Assembly (NCBI RefSeq): GCF_009834535.1
Contig: NC_045697.1
Coordinates: 87,732,001-87,796,000 of the forward strand
Length of the DNA stretch: 64,000 bases
Source: Camelus ferus
Lineage: Eukaryota
Direction: 5' to 3'
Below the pieces are notes generated by a model. The model saw only the letters and a program-made list of their open reading frames with translations, did not search any database and had not been told where the DNA came from. Position numbers and translations under genes: made by a program. Positions 23,700 to 36,645 of this stretch are shown one piece after another; the stretch's first letter is position 1, and the number at the start of each line of letters is the position of its first letter.

Positions 23700-24960
23700 T
23701 ATTAACAAAACAAACATCTTTTGAGCACCAGGCACCGTGCTGGGTGTTGGTCATAGAAAAACGAGTAAGACATGGTTTCTCTCCTCATAAAGCAAACATG
23801 TACATGTAAAGAAGTGCTTCCAAACCACTGTGTAAATTGCTGCAGTGAAAACATGCACTAAATGCAAAGGAACATAAGAAAGGGGATATGTAATCCCGCA
23901 TAGAAGAAGCTGTGACATAGTCACAGGAGAAAGGATATGTGCATGAGTCTTAAAAGAGGAATTTTCCAAGTAGAAAAAGAAGGGAAGTATTTTCCAGTCA
24001 GTGATATCAGCATGTGCAAAGGCACAGAGGAAAGAAAGATTGTGGCTCATGCAGTGAACATAAGTGTTCAAGGAGGCTAAAGCATGGATGAGTATGTGGA
24101 GAGTGGTAGATGAATCCAGAAATGAAGGTGCTCAAAGTATGAATGGCATCCTGTACCAGCAAGGTATGGGTGTTGACCTACAGGTGAAGGAAAGCCATTG
24201 TAAGATTTTGACTAGAGAAGTGGTTATGTGAGATATTTTAGAAGAACCACATAAGCTTTTGTACAATGGAAATGGGACAAAATTAAAAGCAGGAGGGCTA
24301 TTTAGAAGGGTTTGTTTGCTTGTTTGTTTCCTCTTTTAATTTTTGCAATGGTCCAGTTGACTGCTGAATAAGAGTCAGTGAAAACAGAGAAAAGAGGAAA
24401 CGATAGATTTGGATATTTAGCCTGTAAAATATATAGGATTTAGTAGCACAGGATGAAGATGGGGTGAGGGAGGGAGGAGATTTAGAAAGTAAGTCGAACT
24501 ATAAACAGATTTGGTTCCTTTGGGGTGTTCAAATGAAAAAAATATCCAGAATATAGCAGACATTATAGCAATGAATCTTGAGAGTGTGTGCTGAGGCTGA
24601 TACTATCAAGAATTGGAATTCTTTAACAGATGAGTAGTGCTCGAACCACGGGAAAGTGCAGTGCAAGACAATGCTATGATCAAGACCCTGGGGAACATTA
24701 ACACTTCAGGGACTTCCAGCAAAGCAGACTTAGAAGGATTGCTCAGAGAGGGACGAGGTAAACCAAGAGAAAATAGTTATACAGGAGCCAAGAGAGAGGA
24801 GAGTTTTCTGGAAATAGGGATAATTCATCATTGTCAGAGGCCACAGAAAGGTCATGTTAAACAAGGACTGGTAAACTTCTGGTGGATTTCTTGATTAAGC
24901 CATTATTGATGACCCTTACTCCAGAGTGATTTGAGCATGTTGAGATGGTAAAAAAGCAGA
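23700..24960 (-). mobile_element. L2 LINE, ~1.2 kb
   Basis: 'ttttgagcaccaggcaccgtgctgggtgttgg', 'cagcatgtgcaaaggcacagagg', 'ggaaagccattgtaagattttgactagagaagtg'. Confidence 0.8.
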
Positions 24961-26369
24961 GATGCTGTTTTCCAGATAGGAGCTAGGAATTGTGTAAATA
25001 GATATATAAAGAAATGTAAATATTTGAGCTTCTTAGAGCCCTCTGTTTGTTCATTTGGTTTATTATTTTGCCTTATCACCTTTAAACAAAAAGTTAGGCT
25101 CAACAGATTTTAATACCAGACTTCATATTAAGATGGGAATATTTAAATCATATACATACAGTAGGATCTACTTTGTGGATCTGTTTTCAACGTCTTCTTG
25201 TATTGATTCTATGCAACTAGCTGAGATTTGCCACTGTCCCCCTCAAAGCAGAGTCAGTGTGGCCCGCCTTGCTCACTTCACATGGGAGGAAGTGTGAAGA
25301 CCATAATCAGCTTCCATCCTGCCCTATGGTTTGCTGGGACAGCCATCACTAGCCTCCCCCTGAAAGGTCTCAAAAGGAGTCCCAAAATATCTTTCCTGAC
25401 ATAAAAGTTGTAACACGAAGTGTTAGAGTGAAAGTTTCCAGTTGCCTGTAAAATTCTTTATGGAAAAATACTGATAGATATTATAGGGAAAAATATATGA
25501 TGCTATCTAAGAAGTTTAAAATCTCAGCCTAGTAAACAAATGCTACTTTAACAGCAAGAAATCAAAAAGAATTAACAAAAATTAAGGAATATCTACTCTC
25601 TACTTTTTCAAATTATTTGAGTGGAAGATACTGTCAATGGCTTGATAATGGTAACAGAATTTCTGTGAATTAACTACATTTGAAATAAATACTGATATTT
25701 GTTCAAATGGCTAAGTAATGCTCAATTTTACATGCTTATTTGGGGCTTTGTCAGTTGGGGAAAGAAAGAACAAGTTAAATTGCCAGGAAATTAAGTTGGG
25801 TTAAAAGTACCATAATTTAATTATCTAATAATTGTGCAGACTGATAGTCAAGAAAATGGTGTGCCATGTAAGATGTTTTGCCGGCTATTCCACAACTCAA
25901 TTACAGCCATCTTTAAGGACTAAGAGAGATTGGCCAGAGTTATATTTAATTTCACTGCAACTTTGACTTGTACTTATTTTCAGCCCGGTTTGGTAGGAAT
26001 TGGCTGGAGCTATTTCAATGCAAGCGATCCTTATTTTTCTTTTTTGACCCTGTGATCTCTTCTTGAAAATAAATCTTTTCAATGACAGGCTCATTTAGAG
26101 TTGGTCTCAAATATTTTCCCCATTGCCTTGCTCTTCAATTGGAAACCTGCCTGAATGACCCTGGGGAATAACAAGCTTCTGACTCTATTACAAGATCACT
26201 CCTTTTTGGGAAATGTATTCTGGTAACCATAGTTTTGATTTCCTATTAAGCAGTTGATTTTGCCATTAAGTTATTTATCTCTTATGAGTAGATACTATTT
26301 TATTTTATAGAAAATCCCCGAAGTGGGGTTTCAATAGGACAGATATGCACTTCTGAATTATGGAAATGA

Positions 26370-26790
26370 AATTTGGGGGTAAGCACTTGAGGTAAGCAGT
26401 ATGGCATTGTGTGGCATCAGACACCAAGACTCCTCTGGTCTTGCTGTTCCTTCACCCTCAGCATTCTACTTCATGCTTCTACCTCGCATCTCAAGAGAGC
26501 TATTTTTGTTGCTGCCATCTTGTCAGCATTCCAGCCAGCAAGAAGTAGGAAAGGCTGAAGAAAGGCAGGCCCTTTCCTGCTAAGGATGTTTCCAGGAAAC
26601 TACACATGGTGTTTTCACATTTACATTCTACTGGGTGAAACTTAACCACAGATCCACACCTAGCTGCAATGGAGTCTGGGAAATGTAGTCTTTATTCGAG
26701 TGACCACATACCCAGCAAACCCTGAGGGTTATATAACTAAGGGGAAAATGGGAGACTGAATCCTGCAGAACAGCCGGTAGTCTCTGCTAA
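26370..26790 (-). mobile_element. MLT1J/K-like MaLR LTR
   Basis: 'ccacacctagctgcaatggagtctgggaaatgtagtcttt...gggaaaatgggaga...gtagtctctgcta'. Confidence 0.75.
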
Positions 26791-27733
26791 TTTTCTTCTT
26801 CCTGCTCAGCTTGTCACATGATCCCCTCCATTAAACCTCCATTTATGATTCTCTGACTTCACCAAGGATTCTTGGCTATTAGCCATCCCTTTCCTTCAGT
26901 TGTTAGAAAGATGACTCTTATGTTCTTGTCTTTATATATTTATATTTCTGTTCCTGATGTTTTTCTCATCTACTTAAGGACAAGGGTCTCATGTATCCCC
27001 AACCCAGTGCACGATTACACACCCTACTGGAATTCAATAAAATCATGACTGAAAGTAAGATGTACAGAAATTGGAGATAAAAATAAATTTAGGTGAAATT
27101 ATTCTTGCCAGAATAAGGTGGTTTTAGAAGTGTCATAAAATCTATCATGCCTTCCTGGGAAGCTGTTCTGCTCCACTGAACAAGTCTGCTGTGTGATGGC
27201 CTGTGGAGCTCTCTTCTGTCAGAGGCACTGAGGTTTCCCACTCATTAGTGAGATCAGAACAGGTCCTTTGCAGCCTGGAAGGTGAGACCTAAGGGACAAT
27301 GTCCTTGGATATAAAAACCGGGAGAGTGCTGGGAAATATCTTTTCACCACAGCAGCTCTGGAACACTACCTTTGTGACTGAATTCATTCTTTCAACGTAC
27401 TGGGGAGAGATGTGAGAACGAGAATGAATGTGAATGAGTTGGTAAATCTGGCTTGTACATTTAATAGACTGATAAATGGAGGAAGCATGCACCTAAAGAT
27501 AATGACATTGCTGAACAGAAATCACTTTTCTGGTCTCGCCATTCTCTACTGTTAAGCTCTTAATATTTATAAAGAGCTCAAAACTCCTGGAAACCTACAC
27601 TTTAAAACATTTCTTTGTACATATATTTTTAGAAATATTTATTGATTGATATTTCCTATATCAAGCTATGATTGTTTTATGTAAAAGTTAGAAGCCCATG
27701 TTTGTGGTAAACATTTCAATAATGGCCATTAAT

Positions 27734-27917
27734 TAGTGCTACAGGATAAAATACAGGATGCCCATCTTAAATTTGAAATCAGATAAAAAATGAGTTTTTT
27801 TTAGTATATGTATGTCCTATGCAATATTTGGGACCTAACTATGCTAAAACATTATTTTTCTGAAATTCAGATTTAACTGGGTTTCCTGTATTTTGGTTTG
27901 CTAAATCTGGCAGTTCT
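27734..27917. mobile_element. MER53 palindromic hAT MITE
   Basis: Arms 'aaaatacaggatgccc..ttaaatttgaaatcaga' and 'tctgaaattcagatttaactgggtttcctgtatttt' are inverted repeats around 'tatgtcctatgcaatatttgggac'. Confidence 0.85.
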
Positions 27918-27929
27918 TCCCTTAATGAC

Positions 27930-28110
27930 TCAGGTCTCTCTCTGTCCCTGCCACTTTTTCACATGGCACTGTTGCTCCTCTCTCAAAGGTGGAGACTATT
28001 GCTCCACTCTGTTGAACAGGAGTTGGCTTTGTGACTTGCTTTGATTAACAAAATGCAGCAGAAGAGACATTGTGCAAGTTGTGGCAGCCAGGTCTAGGCT
28101 TCTTCCGTGG
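27930..28110 (+). mobile_element. MLT1F/G/H-like LTR 5' fragment
   Basis: 'gctcctctctcaaaggtggagactattgctccac...ggctttgtgacttgctttgattaacaaaatgcagcagaag'. Confidence 0.65.
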
Positions 28111-28169
28111 GAATAAGCAACTGTTGCAGGACCATTTATTGAATGCACAGCCTTTTCTCACCCATTTTA

Positions 28170-28306
28170 TTTATTTATTTAACCTTTTTTTTATTGAGTT
28201 ATAGTCATTTTACAATGTTGTGTCAAATTCCTGTGTAGAGCACAATTTTTCAGTTATATATGAACATACATATATTCATTGTCACATTTTTTTTTTTTGC
28301 TGTGGG
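28170..28306 (-). mobile_element. Young, extremely 5'-truncated L1 3' end (137 bp) with TSD
   Basis: Perfect direct repeat ttttctcacccatttta at 28153-28169 and 28307-28323; body 'ttattgagttatagtcattttacaatgttgtgtcaaattcc' resembles the copy at 32.5 kb. Confidence 0.85.
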
Positions 28307-28969
28307 TTTTCTCACCCATTTTAAATTACTTCTCTGTCAAAAATCAAGTTTTTTATAAATGCCCTGGTCTGTTTCTGGATTTTGAGTTAAATTCCATCAT
28401 TTCGGCAATACTATATTGTCTTCAATGCTACAGATTTATCATAAGACTCAATATCTAATAGAGCCAATGCCTCCTCGAGTCCCAGACAAGAGGGGCTCTA
28501 CTCAGAGTCCCATGCTTTAAAAGACTTACTTATCACAAACTCAAACACAAATGAATTTTATTTTGTTTTCATCTTGATGTCTGTAAAATTGTTTTTGAAG
28601 GTTGACTAATCACTTGAGCAAAAGAGAATTATGGGAGGGATTCATGAACCAAAACAAGCCCCCAAGGAAGATAAGGGCCAAAAGCCACGTGTGGGAAGGA
28701 AAAACTATGCTTTGCTCTGAAAACCACAGAACAAGGGTCTCTTTTTGTTTAAAGTTGAGTGCTCCAAATCACTCAAAATGTGTCCAAGTGGAGTGGGTTC
28801 CCCAGTTATCCATATTATTTCTTCCCTTTTGCTTGGGAAGTAGTTATGAGAAGCATTAAGAACTGCCTGGAGAGGTTCAAGTGGGACTTGAGAAAGGAAC
28901 CTGTCCACTTTTTGTGGTACAGAGTAGAAACTCTGTGATCAGTTCCCCAAAGTTTGACCTCTAGAATCT

Positions 28970-29554
28970 TGTTCTAAAAAGTGCCTATAATTTGTTTCTA
29001 TCAGACATAGTAAGACACACAGACATGGAAATGATTGTCCTGAAGGAGTAAGTTCATATTCACAGATCCTTAGAAACAAGAGGCATGCCATCACACATGG
29101 GGCCACATGGGGAAGAACCCGGGTCGGTCAGGAGGCAGAGGAACAAGGGGAAGCATGGACGAAAGCTTTAAGTAAGGTTTTCATGGAAGCAATGGGCAAG
29201 GCAGGCTAAGCAGGCCAAACAGGTTTAGGATTGGCTGGTGTGACTATTTCCACAGAGTGTGTGACTATTTCTGGGGTGTAGGGATCACCCCTAGTTGCCT
29301 GATACCTGGCCCTGAGGTGATTCTAGGGCAGAGGGATAGTGGCTCAACCTATGAGAGCTTGATAAAGGAGGTAGTAGGAGAGTATGGACTCTGGATTGGT
29401 CAGTTTGCACATGAAAACCACACCTTAGGGAAGTCATTTGTTATCTCTAGGAATTAGCTAATCCTGGGAGGGGCAGCCTCTCCAGTATCTGCAAGGACCC
29501 AAATTTCACAGCATCATTAATTATAGGAAATTAAATAGAAACATGATTAATACA
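28970..29554 (-). mobile_element. MER74-like ERVL solo LTR, complete
   Basis: Minus strand starts tgtattaatcatg and ends ...agaaca; near-TSD aatct (28965-28969) / agtct (29555-29559); internal 'ctctaggaattagctaatcctgggaggggcag'. Confidence 0.8.
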
Positions 29555-29959
29555 AGTCTCTATCCTATTTTTTTTCCTCTCAACAAAATCTGACTCTTAC
29601 AGCTGGAAGTCATATCTTTCACATTTTTTATACCTAAAATGAGCTTCAAAAGATTGTTTTTGGAGTTTGAAACTGAACAGATAATTGATTCTGTCTTGCC
29701 TGAGTTTAGCCCTTTACATGAGGCATGTCTCAACCTGACTGGGTGGAGAATTTTAAGAATGATTATAAATAAAAAATTCAATGGATAATTAAAAATGAAG
29801 TAACTTTAAGCCATGATTCCAATAACAACTAATGAAAAATTATTCATTGCATGTTTATGGCTTTATTTATTGCTACTAAAGTGCAAGTTACATGCACAAA
29901 GACAGAACCCATGCAAAAAATTCACCTGCAAATTGAATACGATGCTGACTGCAAGTTTA

Positions 29960-30094
29960 TTTCATCAGGTCTTTAGGGGGGGGTGGTAATTGTGTTTATT
30001 TATTTATTTATTTATTAACAGAGATACTGGGGATTGAACCCAGGACCTTGTGCATGCGAGGCACGCACTTTACCACTGAGCTATACCCTCCCCC
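29960..30094 (-). mobile_element. Camelid tRNA-derived SINE (Vic-1 type)
   Basis: Minus strand: ggggagggtatagctcagtggta (A box) ... gggttcaatcccc (B box), (taaa)n, C-run; TSD tgcaagttta at 29950-29959 and 30097-30106. Confidence 0.9.
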
Positions 30095-30249
30095 AGTGCA
30101 AGTTTAATATGGTACAGATAATTTTGTGTTTGGTATGCTTATAATTCTACATGACTCTAGAGCACATATCATTGGAAAATCCTAAAGGTTAAGGTTATTC
30201 AACAGAAAAAATTGAGAGTCATGATCAGATTCAATTTTTAGGACTGCCT

Positions 30250-30470
30250 TGAGGAGTAGAAGCTGGAATCATCTGAAGGCTTGTTCATTCAAATATTTGG
30301 TCTCTGGGTAGGGAGGACTGGAAAACCAAGACGGGCAACCAGAGCGCCTGTTAATTGGTCTCTCCATGTGGCTTGGCTTCAGAACAGCGTGGTAGCCTCA
30401 GCGTGCTTGCTGGCTCAGAACTCCAAGTGCATGAGTTCTATCGAGGTAGAAACTATGGCATATCTAGTCT
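30250..30470 (-). mobile_element. MLT1 LTR fragment
   Basis: 'gctggaatcatctgaaggcttgttcattc...ggtctctccatgtggcttggcttc...tggctcagaactccaag'. Confidence 0.7.
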
Positions 30471-31309
30471 AACTCTTTCACAGATAAAGAAACAGATCTA
30501 GTGATCGTAAGCAAATCCACATCTGTTAAAGAAACAAGATGGTTTTCTTACTTTCGTAAGTGGATGGATAAATATATCAAGTAATCCAGCTAGGCAAAAC
30601 TGCAGACGCCAGGGCTGGAGAGAAGGACATAGGAACTGGTTGTCATGTTCAGGCAAGGTTCCAATTAGAAGGGCTGAGGAACCTGCTGAACAAGGTGGGT
30701 CGGAGTAGTTCTGAGCAGAGTTGGCCACTAGGAGGGACCTGAAAAGAAGGGAGGCTCAGTGTACAGGTTTGCTTCTGCTCTGTAATCCCCGTATGAGCCG
30801 TGTCACCTATGACAGCCTACTAAACTTAAAATACTTTAGATATTATGGAAAAATGAGTCATGTAAGGCAAGGAAGCACCACCCATCCAGAAAGGAAAAGT
30901 TTAGCTAAACAGACCAGAATCAATACCCTCTAAGCTGAGCAAGCCTAGTTTTATTTCAGCGAGATGTTAGCCCTAAGATTTTCTGGAGTGAAAAGTATGG
31001 TCTCCAGTAGTGCACAGAGGATAAATCTGAAAAGTACTTAAATCAGAAAAACGCATAGTTATCACTCCGTGATACGTGCCCACAGGCAGCAGCCCCTAAC
31101 TTTGGAGCTGAGTTTTTGGGTTAGACGCCATCTCTTGTGAGGAGCAAGCTCAAGTTAGATGATGCTGCAGAGATGAAAACAGAAGTCTCAACCAAAGAAC
31201 AAGTACGATAACTTTGACTTTTTATGACCAAGGTGAGTTTGGCTAAAAAATAAATGACACTATAAAGGTAATTTAAATCATAAGAGATTTGTATGTCATG
31301 CTAAACAGT

Positions 31310-31841
31310 AAAATTTGTCTGTCTAATAAACCACCCCTTATTTAGCGATGTAAGACGACAACCATTTTATTATGCTCATGAATTGTGTGGGTCAGGAATT
31401 TGGAAGGCTTGACTCTGCTCCATACTGCCTGGGGCCTCAGCTGGGAAGACTCAAAGGCAAGGCTGCTTTGAAATGATGAAATCTGGAAAGTGATGATGGA
31501 GAAAGGGGGGGAAAGTTTCATCTCTTTAGCCAAGAACATGTTATAGAAGAAAAAGAAAAATGTGAGAACCCGGGAGATGATCTTCACCTCATTTTCATCA
31601 CTTTCCTTCTGTGGCCGGGTTGTAATATGAATGTATGTAGAAACGGGACGACCTTTTCTGACCTAGCCTCGCAAGTAATGCAGCTTATCGTGGGTCTCAT
31701 TCTGTTGGTTCCAAGTGAGTGTGAAGCCCACCCTTATTTAATGAAGCGGTTCATAGACCCCACTTTTTGATCAGAGTAAAGGTCACGTTATAAATGAGAA
31801 TGGAAGACAGGATCGATTTTTGGAAAATCCGATCTGCCACA
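31310..31841 (-). mobile_element. MLT1G/H-like LTR
   Basis: 'accattttattatgctcatgaattgtgtgggtcaggaatttgg', 'ccttttctgacctagcctcgcaagt', terminal 'tttggaaaatccgatctgccaca'. Confidence 0.75.
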
Positions 31842-32039
31842 CTATATAATTCCTAGCTTTCGATGAGATTCAGCTACTCTGGTTCCATAATTTAATATGA
31901 TTCAGGAATAGCTGAAATGGAATCTAGCATTTACCTTCCTTACCTACTTTCACTTTCTTCTCTGTGGCCCTTCATTTCCATTTTCTGTGGCTGTAAGACT
32001 AACAACCAAGTGGAATGCCAACCTTCATACTTAGAGAGC

Positions 32040-32071
32040 TGTGTGTGTGTGTGATGTGTGTGTGTGTGTGT
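32040..32071. repeat. Interrupted (TG)n microsatellite
   Basis: gtgtgtgtgtgtgatgtgtgtgtgtgtgtgt. Confidence 0.9.
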
Positions 32072-32369
32072 ATTCTGCTTTCCAGAGCTGCAGAAGGAAA
32101 TGTATTGTTATAACTTTAAAGACTTTCTGCTGGATGCCCAGATGCTTGGGAAATTGAAGCTGAATATAAAAAGAATATTGCTCATCAAATCAACATGCTA
32201 AACTTACTTTGACAGAGAGTTTGATACTCAAGAAATATTTTCTCCCTTTAATTGCAAGTAATAATTCTGGCTTAGATTTTAATGAAAACAGGAATCATAA
32301 TAAACCACTTAAAGAAATCATGTACTTTTATGCTTCAGAATATGAAAAATGATTTCAGGATATGTAAAG

Positions 32370-33185
32370 TGATTTATTCAACCAATGTTTGTTGCATACC
32401 ATCTTACCTTCAGATGGTACACTGGGTATTGGGTCCACAATGGTAAATCACACCTAAAATGATGCCTTTATTTTGGGGTATACATATATATATATATAAA
32501 TATTTATTGAAGTGTAGTCAGTTTACAATGTTGTGTCAATTTCTGGTGTTCAGCACAATGCTTCAGTCATGCATGAACATACATATATTTGTTTTCATAT
32601 TCTTTTTTATCGTAAGTTACTACAAGATATTGAATATATTTCCCTGTGCTATACAGTATAAATTTGTTGCTTATCTATTTTATATATATTATAAAATGAT
32701 GCCTTTTTAATGGAGCTTCTACTCTACTTGGATAGAAGATCTGGGAACGGGTATTGAGTATCATGATATAAGTAAACATGTAAGTGACAAACAGTTACAA
32801 GTTGTGATAAGTAATGGAAAAAAGAAAAGGATTAGGAGCCCCACAAGAGAGAATTAAAAGAAAACTTCATTTAGATTAGATGAATCAGGGAAGAAACTGA
32901 CATTTATTGATTTCTAATGATGATAAATCATAACTAGTGTGGCAAATTGGGAGGAAAAGTTTTTTTGGTGGACGGAAGAACTTCTTCAGAGGCTCTGAGT
33001 CAGACAATACTTTGTTAGATTTTATTTTCTTTCTTTTCCTTTATTTTATTTTATTTCAGGAACTGTAAAAGGAGAAAACATTGATGAGTTTTAAGCAGAG
33101 GAGTGACATCCTCACATCTGCATTTTAAAGAATCTCTGGCTGCTGCCATACAGAAATGGATCAGAGCAGAACAAGAATGGAATTG
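32370..33185 (-). mobile_element. L2 LINE interrupted by a young L1 fragment
   Basis: 'tttattcaaccaatgtttgttgcatacc' tail; 'gagttttaagcagaggagtgacatc...ttttaaagaatctctggctgctg'. Confidence 0.7.
32470..32691 (-). mobile_element. Young 5'-truncated L1 3' end with TSD
   Basis: Perfect 15-bp TSD taaaatgatgccttt at 32455-32469 and 32692-32706; body 'ttattgaagtgtagtcagtttacaatgttgtgtcaatttctggtg...acaagatattgaatat..ttccctgtgctatacag'. Confidence 0.9.
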
Positions 33186-33399
33186 GTTCTTACTAATATG
33201 CTACTGAGAATGAAAAAAAGAAAAACAAAAAAACAGGGAAACAATTTACCAAGAAGAAGAGAAAAAGGATCTCAAATTTCCTAATTGCTTAGAAATCACT
33301 CAACCCATCATCTCGTCTGAGAAGTATAAATGATAGTATGGGTTAATACACAATATCACAGCCAGAAAATCCCCCATGCTACCTCTTCTTGCATACTTC

Positions 33400-33745
33400 C
33401 TGAGTTCTTACCTCCTGCCTTTGCACATACTGTTAATTATAACTCTGAGGAAAGCCCTCCTCCCTTTAATTGTTGAAATCTTAGCCATCCTTCAAGCTCG
33501 AAATTAAATGCTTCCTCCTTCAGGAAGAGCTGATGCCCCTAGCCAGATATTTCCTCTTTCCTGACTTCAGCTCTCTTGGGTTTACTTTTAAATGCTTCTC
33601 ATGCCATTTTTGTACTGTGTGCAGACCTAACTTTACTTGTGTAGTGCACTATTCTGGGTTCAATTCACTGTTAGAGACCCCAGTGCCTACACAGCCTGAA
33701 GGAGAGGTGGTATTCAATAAACATTGGATAAATGAATTAACATAC
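33400..33745 (+). mobile_element. L2 3' end
   Basis: 'gcctttgcacatactgtt', 'atccttcaagctcgaaattaaatgcttcctccttcaggaag', ends 'ttcaataaacattggataaatgaat'. Confidence 0.7.
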
Positions 33746-36419
33746 AACTGAAATTTACATCCTGAAACAATCATAAAAGTACATGATTTTCTATTTTTTT
33801 AAAAACTGGATTATTATGACTTTTTTTTATAAGCCATCTCCTACCATCAACTTCCGAGCATGTGTCTTCAACAGTGTCTCTATAAATATTTATTAAATTA
33901 CACTTAAATTTAAATGACATTTTCAATTTAAGAGTGTAACTAGGATTTACTCAATAATAGGCATTTTTTATTCCTGCTATTCTAACAGAAAATTTGTATT
34001 GATGAAACTACATTAAAAATAAAACAAACTCACAAAAATAAAATTAATCTTAAATATTATTTTCTAGTCTTAGATATCCTTAGCTAAGTAAATTGGTGAA
34101 ATTGGTACCCTTTTATGAGTTAAAGTTATCATTCTATCACTCTCTTAATGCCTTTAAGTCTGTTTTTATTTTTCAAATCTCCAGTTCAACTGAATCATTA
34201 GGGGGATTACTTGCAGTCTAGAGTAATGGAAGTATTGTATAATAATACTTGGTGTTTAGAATTAAATCAATACATGTTTAAGATACTAAAAAATTAAACA
34301 TGGCAAATCAAGTAGTACTTGTACAATAGAAACAAATAATGTATTTAAAACAGAATAACATGTTTAATTCAGGAAGATGTAAAATTCACCTGCTTATAAG
34401 CACTTTAGATGGGCCACGAGGAGCTACAACAAAGCGACACATCCATAAGAATCTTATTCTTGTTTGTTCAGGGTTTGTTTAGTATAATCCAAGCACACCA
34501 AAGCCTCTCATAGACACTGCCTTGAAGTCTACTGTTGTAATTATTATGAGTGTATCTTATAGTATACTTCCAGTACTAGTTTCTTCCAAATTTAATACAC
34601 TTATAAAGAAAGGAAATAGTGCTCATGTATGTTCAGTAATAAGTAAGCAAACGAATGACAGGCTTATTCAGATCTCTTAAGAATTTCTTCCTTCTGCATA
34701 AATACTGTTTGTAATAGGTATCCAGATCATAATGTCTACTTAGAGCCATTTCCACAGTTCAACTTTGTGATTTTATAATGGCTTAAACATAGCAGTACTC
34801 AATATGATATAAAAAGAAGCAGCTATTCAGTGCAATAAGGGTTGTAAAAAACCAATAAGTCATAGTGATTCAGATCTCTTCCTGGTTCCTTCATTCCCAA
34901 TTATGTAATCTTGAGCCATTTTTTCTTCTGTAATAAAGTGAGAACACAACATTGGAAAACCTGTTTTCTTCTTTTGTCAGTAATCATGTTGATGGATCAG
35001 TTAGCCTTGTTTTGTTCTTACCTCTTTCAATAGATTGCTTCCAAGTATAAGAAATGACAGAAGGAACATTCCACTGGATCACTAGCAATGCCTCAAGACT
35101 TATGTCAGTGAACTTATTTGGTGATTTACTTTAAAATTATGGTTATTATTCACTTTTATTTTTATCTAGACTAGTTTCAGATTAGTGTATTTGGAGGAAG
35201 GATTAAGTAGTTTACCTGCTTGCACCAGAAGTACATAAAGAGGACTCCTGGATAATATCAGGTAATAGATAATTAGCTTGGCACCTGACCAGAAGGAGGT
35301 CCAGCCGTGAGTATTTTATTACCTACTAACACAAGTGAGCATTCAGCTATTGGGTCAACTCGAATACCTGAAAAACAGCTACTCTGGCACATTTACAACC
35401 TGGTGAACAAATTTATGCAATTTTACATCCCTCTGCTGATTTACCTGGAAAGCCCATTATGTAAGATAATGAATTTAACAGCTGAAAATCAGTAAAGGCT
35501 TTTGCATGCTGTCATTTTGTATTATAAGGAAAGATCTGGCATTTTCACACTTAGGCATGTCCATCCTCATGTGATCTTTCTTTTGGATTGAACTCTTCCC
35601 TTGATTAGTTTTTCCTTGGATATTGTATATATTTAACCAGAGAATTTTAAACCTGAGTCTAGTGTATGCATTAGCCAGGTATTTTTGAATATTCAGGTTA
35701 AAACAGCAATACACATACATAAAGTATTTCTTCTTTCCTGTATGTGAACTTTAAAAGATAGATGAAACTCTAATCAGCACATTCCCTCACATGGGGTAGG
35801 ACTGAAGTCAGAGGTGAGGGTGCAGATGGAGCGATTCAGAAAAGCAGCAAGTAGAGGATCTCTTCTTTCAATATCTTGTACTTTTTCTGGGATGATGAAC
35901 TGGGTGACTCATTTAGACATTCTAAGATTCACCAGTAAATCTAAACTAGCTATACAAACATACTTATTGAGAAGGAGATAATTGAAACACACTGTAGAAA
36001 GGAAATAAACTAAGAGAAATCAAGTAATAAAATTTCCAGAAGCAAATAACAGCATACATCCATAGCAACTGAAAACCCTCATGTACAAGATGACAATTAA
36101 GAGTAGGAACATGGAAAAAAATTGAAACAGGCACTTTAAAACCCCTTTGAAAAGACAGGAAAGAAAAGAAAAAGGTGAGGACAAAAGGAGTGAAACAAAA
36201 AAGTTGAAATTTTAAGATAGGCTCAAGTTACTTTGTTAAAGAGCGGCTTTGTTTGTACCATCTGTTAGCGGGACTGTTAACTCTGTGATTTTTTAGCTAC
36301 CTTGTTGATATACAAAAAATAAAATGAGATTTAAAATCACTTGGATATCTTTTATATTAAAATAATCCCTGAATGTCATTCTTAATATCTGTAATTTTTA
36401 AACCATTATAAAATAAGCA

Positions 36420-36645
36420 TTAAGAGTGAGGGGTCAAGGAGACAAACTGTTGGATTTGAATCTTGGCTTTAATATTTACCACATTTCAAAATACTTAAGC
36501 CTGTATGTCCTAGTTTTCTCATCTGAAAAATGAGGAAAAAAACGGGGTATAATAATATCATCTCTCTCTTAGAATTACTATGTGCTTTAAATGAGTTAAT
36601 ACATGTTAAGCTCTTGGAAAGTAGTGCTTACAACACAGTAAGTTT
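36420..36645 (+). mobile_element. MIR SINE
   Basis: 'ggatttgaatcttggcttt', 'agttttctcatctgaaaaatgagg', 'ttaaatgagttaatacatgttaagctctt'. Confidence 0.8.

Noticed and set aside
30020..30094. tRNA gene (also 45970-46040)
   Set aside because: The tRNA-like head is followed by a SINE tail and flanked by a TSD; no proper acceptor stem.
33015..33062. Very strong splice-acceptor-like tract (long T-rich run plus CAG)
   Set aside because: It is a low-complexity (TTTTA)n expansion inside an L2, with no matching downstream donor or exon evidence.
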